Shown here piece after piece: positions 1-9,681 of a stretch of DNA of 64,000 nucleotides; the first letter of the stretch is position 1, and the number at the start of each line of letters is the position of its first letter. The DNA lies in NCBI GenBank assembly GCA_039589315.1, contig JBDHHQ010000017.1:1-64000 (forward strand), written 5' to 3'. Origin of the DNA: Gemmatimonadota bacterium. Lineage in GTDB: Bacteria > Gemmatimonadota > Gemmatimonadetes > Longimicrobiales > Gaopeijiaceae. Both the position numbers and the translations under genes were made by a program. Below the pieces are notes generated by a model. The model worked only from the letters and a program-made list of their open reading frames with translations, was not told the DNA's origin and did no database searches.

Positions 1-408
1 GTGCCCGAGGACCATCCTGCCCTCGGGATGATCGCGCTCAACCTGACCGCCAACGTGTTCGGGCTGGGCAATGCCGCGACGCCGTTCGGCATCAAGGCCA
101 TGGAGGAGCTCCAAACGTTGAACCCCAGCGAGGACAGCGCCACGAACTCCATGGTGATGCTCCTCGCCATCAACACGGCCAGCGTTCAGCTCGTCCCCCC
201 GGTGCTCCTGCTCGCGCTGCTGGGCCTTCAGATCAACCAGCTCATCTTCGCGATCATCATCACCACCGGTCTGTCGCTGATCATCGCCATCGCGGCGGCC
301 AAGCTGTACGGACGACTGCCGGGCTCCGTCGCCTCGGATCCCAACCGGGCGCCTCCGCCCCCCGAGCCACCCGCGCCGGGGTCGCCCGCGCAGAGCGCGG
401 AGGTCTGA
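1..408 (+). CDS. spmA: Spore maturation protein A-like membrane protein (nucleoside-recognition/gate domain), 5' end outside the window
   Basis: Motif ANVFGLGNAATPFGIKAMEELQTLN..ATNSMVMLLAINTASVQL typical of SpmA; directly followed by spmB. Confidence 0.85.
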   Translation: MPEDHPALGMIALNLTANVFGLGNAATPFGIKAMEELQTLNPSEDSATNSMVMLLAINTASVQLVPPVLLLALLGLQINQLIFAIIITTGLSLIIAIAAAKLYGRLPGSVASDPNRAPPPPEPPAPGSPAQSAEV

Positions 409-412
409 CGCC

Positions 413-955
413 ATGGAGATCCTGCGCAGCGTGATCAGCCTGCTGTCCTACTTCGTCATTCCCGTCATCGTCGTGGGCTTCCCCCTGTACGGGTTGTACA
501 AGCGGGTGCCCGTCTACGAGAGCTTCGTCGAGGGGGCGAAGGAGGGCTTCAACGTCGCGGTCCGCATCATCCCCTACCTCGTGGCCATCCTGTTTGCCAT
601 CGGGATGTTCCGGGCGAGCGGAGCCATGGACGCCCTGGTGACCGCCTTGAACCCGGTCCTGAGCCTGATCGGCTTCCCGGCCGAGGTGTTGCCGATGGCC
701 ATCGTGCGGCCGCTCACAGGCTCCGGCTCGGCGGGGCTCGTCGCCGACATGATCAACCAGTACGGTGAGGACTCCATCTTCGTGAAGATGGCCGCGACCA
801 TGTTCGGATCCACCGAGACGACGTTCTACGTCATCGCGGTGTACTTCGGCGCGGTCAACATCAAGAAGACGCGCCACGCGGTCCCCGCCGGGCTCACCGC
901 CGACTTCGCCGCCATGATCATCGCGGTTTGGGTGGTGCGGCTGTTGTTCGGCTGA
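413..955 (+). CDS. spmB: Spore maturation protein B-like membrane protein
   Basis: VYESFVEGAKEG, RPLTGSGS, GSTETTFYVIAVYFGAV..KKTRHA motifs of SpmB. Confidence 0.9.
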   Translation: MEILRSVISLLSYFVIPVIVVGFPLYGLYKRVPVYESFVEGAKEGFNVAVRIIPYLVAILFAIGMFRASGAMDALVTALNPVLSLIGFPAEVLPMAIVRPLTGSGSAGLVADMINQYGEDSIFVKMAATMFGSTETTFYVIAVYFGAVNIKKTRHAVPAGLTADFAAMIIAVWVVRLLFG

Positions 956-979
956 GCCTCCGTCTTCCACGGCTAGCGC

Positions 980-2500
980 ATGCACTACCACCTGATCGGG
1001 ATCGCGGGTTCTGCCATGGCCTCCCTGGCAGGGCTGCTCAGGGAGCGGGGTCACCGGGTCACGGGCTCGGACGCCGGGGTCTACCCGCCCATGTCCACGA
1101 TGCTGGACGAGTTGGGAATCCAGTACGCCCGTGAGTACGATCCGGTGAATCTGGACCCAACGCCGGACGTGGTCGTCGTGGGCAACGCCATCAGCCGCGG
1201 CAACGAGGAGCTCGAGTCAGCGCTCGATCGGCGCCTCCACTACACGTCGGCCGCGAGTCTCGTGAAGGAGGAATTCCTGCGGGGCCGTCACGTGGTGTCC
1301 GTGGCCGGCACACATGGCAAGACCACGACGACGTCCCTCGTCGCCTGGATCCTGGAGTGCGCCGGCTTGGAGCCGTCCTTCCTGATCGGCGGCGTCGCCG
1401 AGAACTTCGGCCGGTCGTTCCGCCTGACCGATGCGGAGCACTTCGTGATCGAGGCCGACGAGTATGACACCGCCTACTTCGACAAAGGGCCGAAGATGTG
1501 GCACTACCTGCCGCACACGGCCGTCGTGACCAACGTGGAGTTCGACCACGCGGACATCTACCGGGACGACGTCGCGTACCGTTTCGCATTCGAGCGCTTC
1601 ATCAACCTGATTCCGCGGACAGGAGCTTTGGTGGTGGGCTGGGACTCACCGGTGGCGAGGCAACTGAGCGCACGGTCACTCGCCCCGGTGGAGTCATTCG
1701 GTCTGGGAGCGGCGTACGCGCCCGAGCCAGGCGGGAGGGCCACCCCGGGGACGGAGGGGGAGCTGACGGGGCGGCCGCCGGAGCACGCCGGTGGGAGCGC
1801 CACCCAGATGATGAGCGAATCGAGGGGGCACCCTCGATGGACGGCTCGGCGCATCGTGTACGGAGCGGATGGCACCGGCTTCGCTGTCTACCATGGCGGC
1901 CGTCTGCAGGGCGAGGTCGAGACACCGCTGTCTGGCGCGCTGAACGTCCAGAACTGCCTCGCAGCCATCGCCGCGGTGACGGCGGCGGGAGCGGACTGGG
2001 CCTCGGTGGTGGAGGGACTGCGCACGTTCAAGAGCGTTCGCAGGCGCATGGAGGTGCGCGGTGAGGTTCGGGGGGTCACCGTCATCGATGACTTCGCGCA
2101 CCATCCCACGTCGGTCGAGGAGACCATCGGCGCCGTCCGCCAGAGATTCCCCGACCGGCGCGTGATCGCGGTGTTCGAGCCTCGCAGCTACACCGCCCAG
2201 CTCCGTGACTTCCAGGAAGGGTATCGACACGCCCTGGCAAGGGCCGATCGCGTCGTGCTGTCGGGGCTGTTCCGCCCGGAGCGCTATGACGCGGGCAAGG
2301 GGATGGACCCGGGCGAGCTGGCAGAGTCGTTGGAGGGGGGCGGTGTCGAGGCCGACTACGTCCAAGATGTGGACGAGATCGTGGCGGCCCTCGCGCAATC
2401 GACCCTGCCGGGGGACGTCGTGCTCATCATGTCCAACGGCGGGTTCGGGGGGATTCACGACAAGCTGCTGGAGGCCCTGGGGAAGACCGATTCGGCCTGA
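980..2500 (+). CDS. mpl: UDP-N-acetylmuramate:L-alanyl-gamma-D-glutamyl-meso-diaminopimelate ligase (murein peptide ligase)
   Basis: HLIGIAGSAM, VYPPMST, AGTHGKTTT P-loop, EADEYDTAYFDK, DDFAHHPT, FEPRS, MSNGGFGGIH. Confidence 0.9.
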   Translation: MHYHLIGIAGSAMASLAGLLRERGHRVTGSDAGVYPPMSTMLDELGIQYAREYDPVNLDPTPDVVVVGNAISRGNEELESALDRRLHYTSAASLVKEEFLRGRHVVSVAGTHGKTTTTSLVAWILECAGLEPSFLIGGVAENFGRSFRLTDAEHFVIEADEYDTAYFDKGPKMWHYLPHTAVVTNVEFDHADIYRDDVAYRFAFERFINLIPRTGALVVGWDSPVARQLSARSLAPVESFGLGAAYAPEPGGRATPGTEGELTGRPPEHAGGSATQMMSESRGHPRWTARRIVYGADGTGFAVYHGGRLQGEVETPLSGALNVQNCLAAIAAVTAAGADWASVVEGLRTFKSVRRRMEVRGEVRGVTVIDDFAHHPTSVEETIGAVRQRFPDRRVIAVFEPRSYTAQLRDFQEGYRHALARADRVVLSGLFRPERYDAGKGMDPGELAESLEGGGVEADYVQDVDEIVAALAQSTLPGDVVLIMSNGGFGGIHDKLLEALGKTDSA

Positions 2501-2654
2501 GGGAGCTCTGCGCCACCCGTCTCGTGCCGTCGAGTCGGTGCACGCTGGCCGAAGCGATCTCAGCGCCCGACGGCGGCACGGGCCGGGCGGGGGCCCCGGG
2601 GTGACGGCGCACTCGCCTGGCGCGCCCGGACGTATGGCACCACCCGAAACTTCC

Positions 2655-4337
2655 TCACCCACCCCCCAGGGCCACGCCTCCCCTCCGGGGATCGGACACC
2701 CCGTGAAGCGTCCCGTTCTCCTGGACGAGGATCGCCTGAGCGTCGGCGAACAGCTCGTCGTGCTCCACCACGCTGTGGCCTAGGCCCCTCAACGCCTCGG
2801 CCACCTCGGTAGGCAGCCCGCCGGGCTCATGGCGGATCTCGTCGGGGACGTGCTGGTGGTGCACCCGTGGCGCCACCACCGCCTGGGAGAGGCTCATCCC
2901 GTGATCGACCACGTTGGAGATGATCTGAAAGACGGTGGTGATGATCGTCGCACCCCCCGGAGCACCGACTACCATGAGGAGGTCGCCCCGGCCATCCAGC
3001 ACGATGGTGGGCGTCATGGCCGAGAGGCTGCGCTTACCCGGCTCGATGGCGTTCGCTTCGCCCTGCACGAGCCCGAAGAAGTTGGGGGATCCCGGCTTGG
3101 CGCTGAAGTCGTCCATCTCGTTGTTCAGGAGGACTCCGCTACCCGGTACCACCACCTTGCTGCCGTACCAGGTGTTCAGCGTGGTCGTGACCGAGGCCGC
3201 GTTGCCGTAGGCGTCGACGACGGAGAAGTGCGTCGTGTGCGCGCTCTCCCGGAAGCTCTCCACTCCTGGCTCGACTTCGCTCGCCCGCGTTGCGGCGTCG
3301 CTGGCGATGCTCCGCGCCCGTGCCGCCCCGTACTTCGGAGACGTGAGAATGTCCATGGGAACGGGTGAGAAGTCGGGATCGGCCAGATAGTGGTTCCTGT
3401 CGGCGAAAGCGCGCTTCCAGGCCTCGGCCAGCACGTGGATGTGGGCGCTCCCGTGCCATTGGAGGTCCGTCACGGAGAATGTGTCGAGGATGCCTCCCGC
3501 CAGCGCGAGCGTGGTACCACCCGAAGACGACGGAGGCATGGACAGGACTGTGTGGCCTCGGTACGGAAACCGGACCGGGTCACGCCAGACGGCCCTGTAT
3601 CCCGCGAGGTCCTCCCTGTCCATGATGCCGCCGCCACGCTTCATCTCGGTCACGATCATCTCGGCCGTATCTCCCTGGTAGAAGCCGTCGGAACCGCGGT
3701 CGCGGATGCGCTCGAGCGTCCGGGCCAGGTCCGCCTGGTAGAAGGTGTCGCCGATGCGGGGCGGGACGCCTCCGGGCAGGAAGATCTCAGCGCTGGCTGG
3801 AAACCGGGCCAGTGCCGTGACGATGTGTGGCTCGAAGGACCGGACGAAGCGGTTCCGGACCTCGAAGCCACGCGCCAGCGCAAGGGCTGGCTCTACCAGC
3901 TCTTCCCAGTCCAGGGTACCGAAGCGACCGTGGGCCTCCCACATGCCCCGGACCGAGCCGGGGACTCCGGCGGCGAGGTGCCCGATCACCGATCGCTCGT
4001 CGAGGTTGCCGTGGGCGTCCAGGAACATGTCCCGGGTAGCCCGCCCCGGGGCGCACGACCGGTAGTCCAGCGCGAACGCGGAGGCGTCGGCGGTGCGCAG
4101 GAGCATGAACCCGCCGCCCCCCAAGTTCCCGGCTTCGGGGTTCACCACGGCCAGCGCGAACGCGACCGCGACTGCGGCGTCGACCGCGTTGCCCCCGCGC
4201 TCCAGCACGTCGAGCCCCACCCCGCTCGCGTACCGGTCGGTCGTGGCGACCATCGAGTGGTGCGAGACTTCGGGTGGTGTGTCGTGCCGAAAGGCCCAGT
4301 CCTGCGGCCAATTCGGCGGACGTGAGGACGATCGCAT
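2655..4337 (-). CDS. ggt: Gamma-glutamyltransferase
   Basis: GGNAVDAAVA, GNLGGGGF, autocleavage Thr in HTTHFSVVD, LNNEMDDF, KRSLSAMTP, GAPGG. Confidence 0.92.
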   Translation of the reverse strand: MRSSSRPPNWPQDWAFRHDTPPEVSHHSMVATTDRYASGVGLDVLERGGNAVDAAVAVAFALAVVNPEAGNLGGGGFMLLRTADASAFALDYRSCAPGRATRDMFLDAHGNLDERSVIGHLAAGVPGSVRGMWEAHGRFGTLDWEELVEPALALARGFEVRNRFVRSFEPHIVTALARFPASAEIFLPGGVPPRIGDTFYQADLARTLERIRDRGSDGFYQGDTAEMIVTEMKRGGGIMDREDLAGYRAVWRDPVRFPYRGHTVLSMPPSSSGGTTLALAGGILDTFSVTDLQWHGSAHIHVLAEAWKRAFADRNHYLADPDFSPVPMDILTSPKYGAARARSIASDAATRASEVEPGVESFRESAHTTHFSVVDAYGNAASVTTTLNTWYGSKVVVPGSGVLLNNEMDDFSAKPGSPNFFGLVQGEANAIEPGKRSLSAMTPTIVLDGRGDLLMVVGAPGGATIITTVFQIISNVVDHGMSLSQAVVAPRVHHQHVPDEIRHEPGGLPTEVAEALRGLGHSVVEHDELFADAQAILVQENGTLHGVSDPRRGGVALGGG

Positions 4338-4451
4338 CCCGCAAAGCTAGCAGATCGGTGAGGTGTCTGCGGCCGGAATTGCCGTTTCGGAGCTTGATGG
4401 CTCAGTTGTAGTCTTCGACCCTTCCGGTCAAGCGGAGCTCTCGAGGCAGCC

Positions 4452-5405
4452 GTGACATCCAGACGCAACGACGTGATCCGGCCGCGTGCCCTGAGACCGG
4501 GTGCGCGCATCGCCCTCGTCGCGCCGGCCGGCCCGCTGGAGCCGGACCGGATCGACAGATCCGCCGAGCGCTGCCGGAGTCTCGGACTCGAGCCCGTGGT
4601 CTTCCCTGCGGCGGCCGCACGGCACGGCTACCTGGCGGGGACGGACAGCGAGCGCCTGGGAGACCTGCAGGCCGCGTTCGACGACCTCACGATCGACGGG
4701 GTCTGGGCGCTGCGCGGAGGTTACGGCACGCTTCGCATTCTCGATGGACTGAGCCTGGAGCGGCAACGCCGGGCACCGATTCCGTTCATCGGTTTCAGTG
4801 ACAACACCACGGTCCATATCCGGCACGTACACGCCGGTGTCGTCTCCTTCCACGGTCCCCATCCCGGGGCCGAATTCCCGCCGGAGACGGCTGAGACGTT
4901 TCGGAGAGTGCTCTTTTCGGCCGAGCCTGCCGGGCCGTTGCTGGCCCGACCCGAAGACCCGCAGCCTCGCGCGGTGGTGTCGGGGCGGGCGGAGGGTCGT
5001 CTGGTCGGGGGCAACCTCGCCATGCTCGCCTCGCTTTGTGGTTCCCGAGACGCGCTGGTCGCTCGCGGGTGCATTCTGTTCCTGGAGGAGGTCGGGGAAG
5101 CGGCCTACCGCGTGGACCGCACGCTGAGGCAGCTCGAACGGGCCGGTGCCCTCGAGGGGCTGGCGGGACTCGCCCTGGGCCGCTTCACCGAGGTGCCCAC
5201 GGCCGACGAGCAACGCCTACCCGGGGTCATCGGCGAGCTCGCCGAACGCCTGGCCGTACCGACCGTGGTCGATCTGCCGTTCGGTCACGTTGAGCACAAC
5301 AGCACGCTACCGATGGGATCGATGGGGCTGCTGGACGCGGATGCGGGGACGCTGACGCTGACCGAACCGGCGGTGACGCTCGGCGGGCGCCTCCCCGGTG
5401 CCTGA
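4452..5405 (+). CDS. ldcA: LD-carboxypeptidase (peptidase S66)
   Basis: RGGYG, GFSD (catalytic Ser), GGNL, FLEE (Glu), FGH (His). Confidence 0.88.
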   Translation: MTSRRNDVIRPRALRPGARIALVAPAGPLEPDRIDRSAERCRSLGLEPVVFPAAAARHGYLAGTDSERLGDLQAAFDDLTIDGVWALRGGYGTLRILDGLSLERQRRAPIPFIGFSDNTTVHIRHVHAGVVSFHGPHPGAEFPPETAETFRRVLFSAEPAGPLLARPEDPQPRAVVSGRAEGRLVGGNLAMLASLCGSRDALVARGCILFLEEVGEAAYRVDRTLRQLERAGALEGLAGLALGRFTEVPTADEQRLPGVIGELAERLAVPTVVDLPFGHVEHNSTLPMGSMGLLDADAGTLTLTEPAVTLGGRLPGA

Positions 5406-5418
5406 GGCGATTCTGCCT

Positions 5419-6258
5419 TCAGGCCAGAAGTGAAGCCAGCTTGCCCACAACCTCGCCGAGCATTCCCTCGAGGTCCATCAGGTCGCCGGCGTCTTCCAGC
5501 CAGGACATGAGTCGTATGCCGACCTTGCTGCCCCAGTGGGGGCCTCGGAACGCCTTCAGCTCCATGACGCCGTCGATCTCGTCCCAGCTCCACAGGGTCT
5601 CGAACGGCGTCTGCCGGAGAAGGGTGCCGGTGAGCGTGCGGCCGTCGGCCAGGACCAACCGCACCGGATCGCCGACCGCCGTGCCGACCTGACCCGAACG
5701 GCTGAGCCAGCGGGCCAGTCCCTCATCGGTGCGCTGGAGGACCTGCAGAGCCTCCAGTTCGAATTGGACTTCCGAGAGCACCATGACCTCGGTGCGCTTC
5801 CGGTCGAAGTAGCGCTCGGCGAAGTGCTTCAGGATCGCCAGTGCGATCATCCAACCCGACGCCATGCCGTCGTATTGCTCGTCCCACTCGGCCCCGTGCC
5901 CGAACCCGGATTGGACCAGACGCAGCACGCTGTGGCCAAGGACCTGTTCGATGGTGATCTCGATGAGGGTTGCGCCCTGGGGCACGTCGAGCGCCAACAG
6001 GAGCCGCTGCGGCGGATCGGCGGCCAGAACCCGGTGGGTCATCCCCCCATCGGTGCGGTCCCAGAACCACCGGACGGTCTCCCCCACCTCCATGCGCCCC
6101 TCGGCACGGTCCACGAACCACGCCGGCACCTTCGAGGGGTCTGTCCAGGCCTGCCAGATGGTCTCCGCCGGTGCGTCGATGCGAATCTCATCCTCGATTC
6201 TGCGACCTTCATGCCGCATCTGCCTGTCGTTGCCTACGAGCGAGCCTTCAGTCGCCAT
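5419..6258 (-). CDS. SRPBCC/AHSA1-like domain protein (probably two START-like domains)
   Basis: IRIDAPAETIWQAWTDP..WF, LRLVQSGF...GW; ATG at 6258 overlaps the stop of the upstream regulator (TGATG). Confidence 0.8.
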   Translation of the reverse strand: MATEGSLVGNDRQMRHEGRRIEDEIRIDAPAETIWQAWTDPSKVPAWFVDRAEGRMEVGETVRWFWDRTDGGMTHRVLAADPPQRLLLALDVPQGATLIEITIEQVLGHSVLRLVQSGFGHGAEWDEQYDGMASGWMIALAILKHFAERYFDRKRTEVMVLSEVQFELEALQVLQRTDEGLARWLSRSGQVGTAVGDPVRLVLADGRTLTGTLLRQTPFETLWSWDEIDGVMELKAFRGPHWGSKVGIRLMSWLEDAGDLMDLEGMLGEVVGKLASLLA

Positions 6259-6926
6259 CAGTTGATCTCCTCGGATGCGTCGGATGGGTCGGATGCGTCT
6301 TGGGTCGGGGATGGCCGCGCCAACGGATAACAACCGAGCACGAGGCGGTAGGGGCGCCCCGGCGCCGGCTGTCCGTCCGGCTCCATGGCCGGTTCGGTGA
6401 ATCCTGCGATGACCTCGGTGACCGCTTGTTGCACGGCTTCGGCGAACGCCGCACGCTGATCCGGCGAGCGGAAGCGCAGCTCGGCGTCCAGCGACAGCGT
6501 GGGGACCGGGGCGTCACGCTCCTGACCTTCGGCGAGGGCCTCACCGAGCTCGCCTTGGAGCGCCGCGGTCAACTGCAGCAGATGGGCGGCGCTGAACGCG
6601 TCCGCTACTCGCGCGTCCTCGGCGCTCACGGGCCCCAGAACGCGGGGGAGCAGGACGTAGGATCGGGCCGTTGCCCGGTAGAGCTTCTCCACGAGGTTAC
6701 GACGTCTGCGCTCCCCTGCGGGCACGAGCAGCCCTGCGTCCACCAGCGTCCGCACGTGGTAGTTGACCTTCTGGGCGGGCAATCCCATGCGCCGGGCGAT
6801 TTCGGCCGCCGAGGACGCCGCACTGGCTTCCCTCATAATCCCCTGACGGAGGGGGTGGAGCAGCAATTCGGCCGCGCGGGCCGTGCCGACCGGCTCGATC
6901 TCTGAAAGGGGTGCTGAAGAGGACAT
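6258..6926 (-). CDS. ArsR/HTH_20-type winged-helix transcriptional regulator
   Basis: LLHPLR..I..., SAAEIARRMGLPAQKVNYHVRTLVDAGL, EKLYRATARSY; start chosen at the ATG immediately after a consensus promoter. Confidence 0.82.
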   Translation of the reverse strand: MSSSAPLSEIEPVGTARAAELLLHPLRQGIMREASAASSAAEIARRMGLPAQKVNYHVRTLVDAGLLVPAGERRRRNLVEKLYRATARSYVLLPRVLGPVSAEDARVADAFSAAHLLQLTAALQGELGEALAEGQERDAPVPTLSLDAELRFRSPDQRAAFAEAVQQAVTEVIAGFTEPAMEPDGQPAPGRPYRLVLGCYPLARPSPTQDASDPSDASEEIN

Positions 6927-6933
6927 ACAAGAA

Positions 6934-6961
6934 ATTTTATACGTAACAATATATTTGTCAA
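6934..6961 (-). promoter_or_regulatory. Sigma70-type promoter, probably leaderless, for the ArsR-like/SRPBCC operon
   Basis: Minus strand reads TTGACA (6961-6956), 16 nt, TAAAAT (6939-6934), 7 nt, ATG (6926); an AT-rich island in GC-rich DNA with no Shine-Dalgarno. Confidence 0.7.
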
Positions 6962-7151
6962 CAGGGCCGAGCGAGGTATCGATTCCCGGGCGGACGGCCT
7001 GTTGGTCACGGGGTAGGTGAACTACCTGCGGGCCTTTGGGACGGGCACCTGGGCGAACGGTGTGCTGAGCCCCGAGCTGGTGGACTCGAAGGCTCCAATT
7101 CGGGATGGCGCTCACCGTGCATTTGAGCGGGGACGCGCTCGGCGCTTCGTG

Positions 7152-8969
7152 TCACCAGCCCAGCACGTAGTCGCTCTTCGCCGGACTGACTCCACCCATG
7201 AACACGCCGGTTTCGGGGTCGATCATCACCATCTTCACTGCGCCCGCGCCGGAGCTCGCCTGGCGGTAGGGCTGTTGAAGGGGGACCACCGCTACCCGGT
7301 GGCCGCGGCTGGCCAGCTCCTCGGCCACGTCCGCCCCCAGGACCTCCGGCATGGTGAGCATTCCTCGCACGTTGCCCGGATACATGGATGCCGCGAACGC
7401 GCTGCTCGTCACCGTGGGCCCCTCCACGGCCTGCTGGACGTTCATCCCGAAGTGAACGATGGCCAGGAACGACTGGAGCATGGCTTGGGGCTGGTTGTCT
7501 CCACCCGGCGTATTCCAGGCCAGGTACGGCCGGCCGTCCTTGAGCGCCAGCGCCGGGTTGATCGTGTGGCGCGTGCGTTTGCCCGGTACCAGGACGTTCA
7601 CGTCGTTCTCGTCCAGTGAGTAGTAGGGCATGCGGTTGTTCAGGACGAAGCCGCCCCCCTCCACGACCATGCCACTTCCGAACGTGCCGTTCACGCTGTG
7701 GGTCACGGAAACGAGGTTGCCGAACTGGTCTGCGATGGAAAACGAGGACGTCTCACCGTCTTCAGGAACGCCCTGGGCAACGCGCTGTACAGGGTTGGGG
7801 CCCGACTCGTATTCCACCGCGGCCCCGTCGACCGTCGCGGACATGGTCATCGGGTCGCCCGCCGAAGCAACGACCATCGCCCGGTCCATGCGGATGAGAT
7901 CCCGCCTGAGGGTCGCGTAGTCCTTTGAGAGCAGCTCGTCGGTCGGCACGTCGACGTGCCGCGGGTCGGCCACGTACCGATTCCGGTCGGAGAAGGCCAG
8001 CTTCATGGCTTCCGTCACCACGTGAACGTAGTCCGGGGAGTTGTAGCCCAGGGCCTCGAGGTCGAAGCCCTCGAGGATGTTCAGGGCCATCAACATGACG
8101 ATGCCCTGGGAGTTCGGCGCGCTCTGGTAGACGTCGAGATCCGCGTACGATGTGTGGATGGGGGCGGTCTCCTCCGCCTCGAACTCAGCTAGATCCTCGT
8201 ACCTGAGAAGCCCGTTATGCTGCTCATAGAAGTCGGCCGACTTGCGGGCGAGGCTGCCCCGGTAGAAGGCGTCGGCACCGGCTCGGCCGATCTCCTCCAG
8301 CGAGCGGGCGAGGTCTGATTGGACGAACACCTCCCCTGTGGTCTGGGGCGTACCGCCAGGGAGTAGCAAGGCGGCCGACGAGGGGTAGGGCGAGATCTTG
8401 TCCACGGCCCGCTGGTGGTAAGACGCCGCCCAGTGCGTGAGGGGGTGACCGTTCCTGGCCGCCGCCACCGCCGGCGCCACGACCGCTGCATGGTCCATCG
8501 TCCCGTAAGTCCGGAGCGCCAGGTCGAAGCCACCCACCGCGCCGGGCACGTCGGTCGAGAGGGGGCCCGCGTCAGGGATCTCACCGAGCTCCATGTAGAG
8601 CTCCCGTGTGGCGAGTGCGGGCGCCGGACCGGTCCCGTTGATGAACACGACGCGGTCTTCCTCCGCCAGGTAGGCCAGGATGAACCCGTCGCCACCCAGT
8701 CCCGCTTGGTGTTGCTCCACGACCGTGGTCATGTAGAAGACCGCGGCCGCGGCATCGAAGGCATTGCCGCCGGCCTCCAGCATCTTCATGCCGGCGATGG
8801 CCTCCAGGGGGTGCTCGGCAGCCACCATGCCCAGGGTGCCCATGACCACAGGTCGCCAAAAGGGTCGGTCGGCGGGATTCGCCCCGTCGGAGCCTTGTGA
8901 CGTCGCTGGAGCGGGCACACCGAGGAGCAGGATGGCGGCGGCGATCGAAAAGGGCGTGGAGCGGGTCAT
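7152..8969 (-). CDS. Gamma-glutamyltransferase family protein, secreted
   Basis: Signal peptide MTRSTPFSIAAAILLLG..; GGNAFDAA, GLGGDGF, ETSSFSIAD, LNNRM, KRTRHTINP, TPGGDNQPQ. Confidence 0.88.
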   Translation of the reverse strand: MTRSTPFSIAAAILLLGVPAPATSQGSDGANPADRPFWRPVVMGTLGMVAAEHPLEAIAGMKMLEAGGNAFDAAAAVFYMTTVVEQHQAGLGGDGFILAYLAEEDRVVFINGTGPAPALATRELYMELGEIPDAGPLSTDVPGAVGGFDLALRTYGTMDHAAVVAPAVAAARNGHPLTHWAASYHQRAVDKISPYPSSAALLLPGGTPQTTGEVFVQSDLARSLEEIGRAGADAFYRGSLARKSADFYEQHNGLLRYEDLAEFEAEETAPIHTSYADLDVYQSAPNSQGIVMLMALNILEGFDLEALGYNSPDYVHVVTEAMKLAFSDRNRYVADPRHVDVPTDELLSKDYATLRRDLIRMDRAMVVASAGDPMTMSATVDGAAVEYESGPNPVQRVAQGVPEDGETSSFSIADQFGNLVSVTHSVNGTFGSGMVVEGGGFVLNNRMPYYSLDENDVNVLVPGKRTRHTINPALALKDGRPYLAWNTPGGDNQPQAMLQSFLAIVHFGMNVQQAVEGPTVTSSAFAASMYPGNVRGMLTMPEVLGADVAEELASRGHRVAVVPLQQPYRQASSGAGAVKMVMIDPETGVFMGGVSPAKSDYVLGW

Positions 8970-9104
8970 GGCAGAATCCGTAAATCGAGCTGCGGGGAAG
9001 CGAGTGGCTCCATCATGGATGAGGCGCCTCACGGTACTTCGCAATCCATCCGGCGTCGGGGACCGGGCGGCCATCGCGTCTTCGTGTATCCGGTCGTTGC
9101 GGAG

Positions 9105-9626
9105 CTACCCTCCGCGAGGCGCCGCCTCCCTGGCCGACATGCAAAGCACCAGGAAGTTGTACCGCCGCTCCCCCGGTCCAGGGACGACGGCGTTCTCCAC
9201 CGTGGCCTCGGCTTCCGTGCCGAGGAGCCCGCCGCTGTAGAAGTTGAAGAGGCAGTCCGACCCATCTTCGCGGAATCGGAGCGACGCCTCGTTGGGGGCG
9301 TCCATGGGGTCGGGGGTCCGGGTCCAGCCAGCGGCCCTGACTCGCTCGTAGAACACCCGGGCCTCCTCCGCCGGGGTTCGTGTCGTGAGGCCCGACGCGG
9401 TGACACGACATCCCGGCACCATGGCCCGGCTCCGCCAGTCGTCGATGGTGTCCGCTTGGGTGATGGCCGTCATCTCCACCTCTTCTACCAGGAAGCGGTG
9501 CGCCTCATGGCAGTGGACCTCCTCCTGGGCGAGCGTTGGGGCGGGAGAAAGAAAGAGGCAGGAGGCCAGCATCGGCCAGGTGAGGCCGCCACTGACCCAC
9601 GCACGGCTCGCTCCCACCGCGGTCAC
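9105..9626 (-). CDS. Hypothetical secreted protein
   Basis: Signal-like LASCLFLSPAPTLA-Q; protein-like composition; co-oriented with its neighbours; start uncertain. Confidence 0.6.
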   Translation of the reverse strand: MTAVGASRAWVSGGLTWPMLASCLFLSPAPTLAQEEVHCHEAHRFLVEEVEMTAITQADTIDDWRSRAMVPGCRVTASGLTTRTPAEEARVFYERVRAAGWTRTPDPMDAPNEASLRFREDGSDCLFNFYSGGLLGTEAEATVENAVVPGPGERRYNFLVLCMSAREAAPRGG

Positions 9627-9681
9627 GAGGCGACTCGCTCCCGCCGGGCTCTACTGGCGCTCGGGCCCCGAGGTAGCCCGA

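Noticed and set aside
1..955. spmAB as evidence of endospore formation
   Set aside because: SpmAB homologues occur widely in non-sporulating bacteria, and there are no other sporulation genes here.
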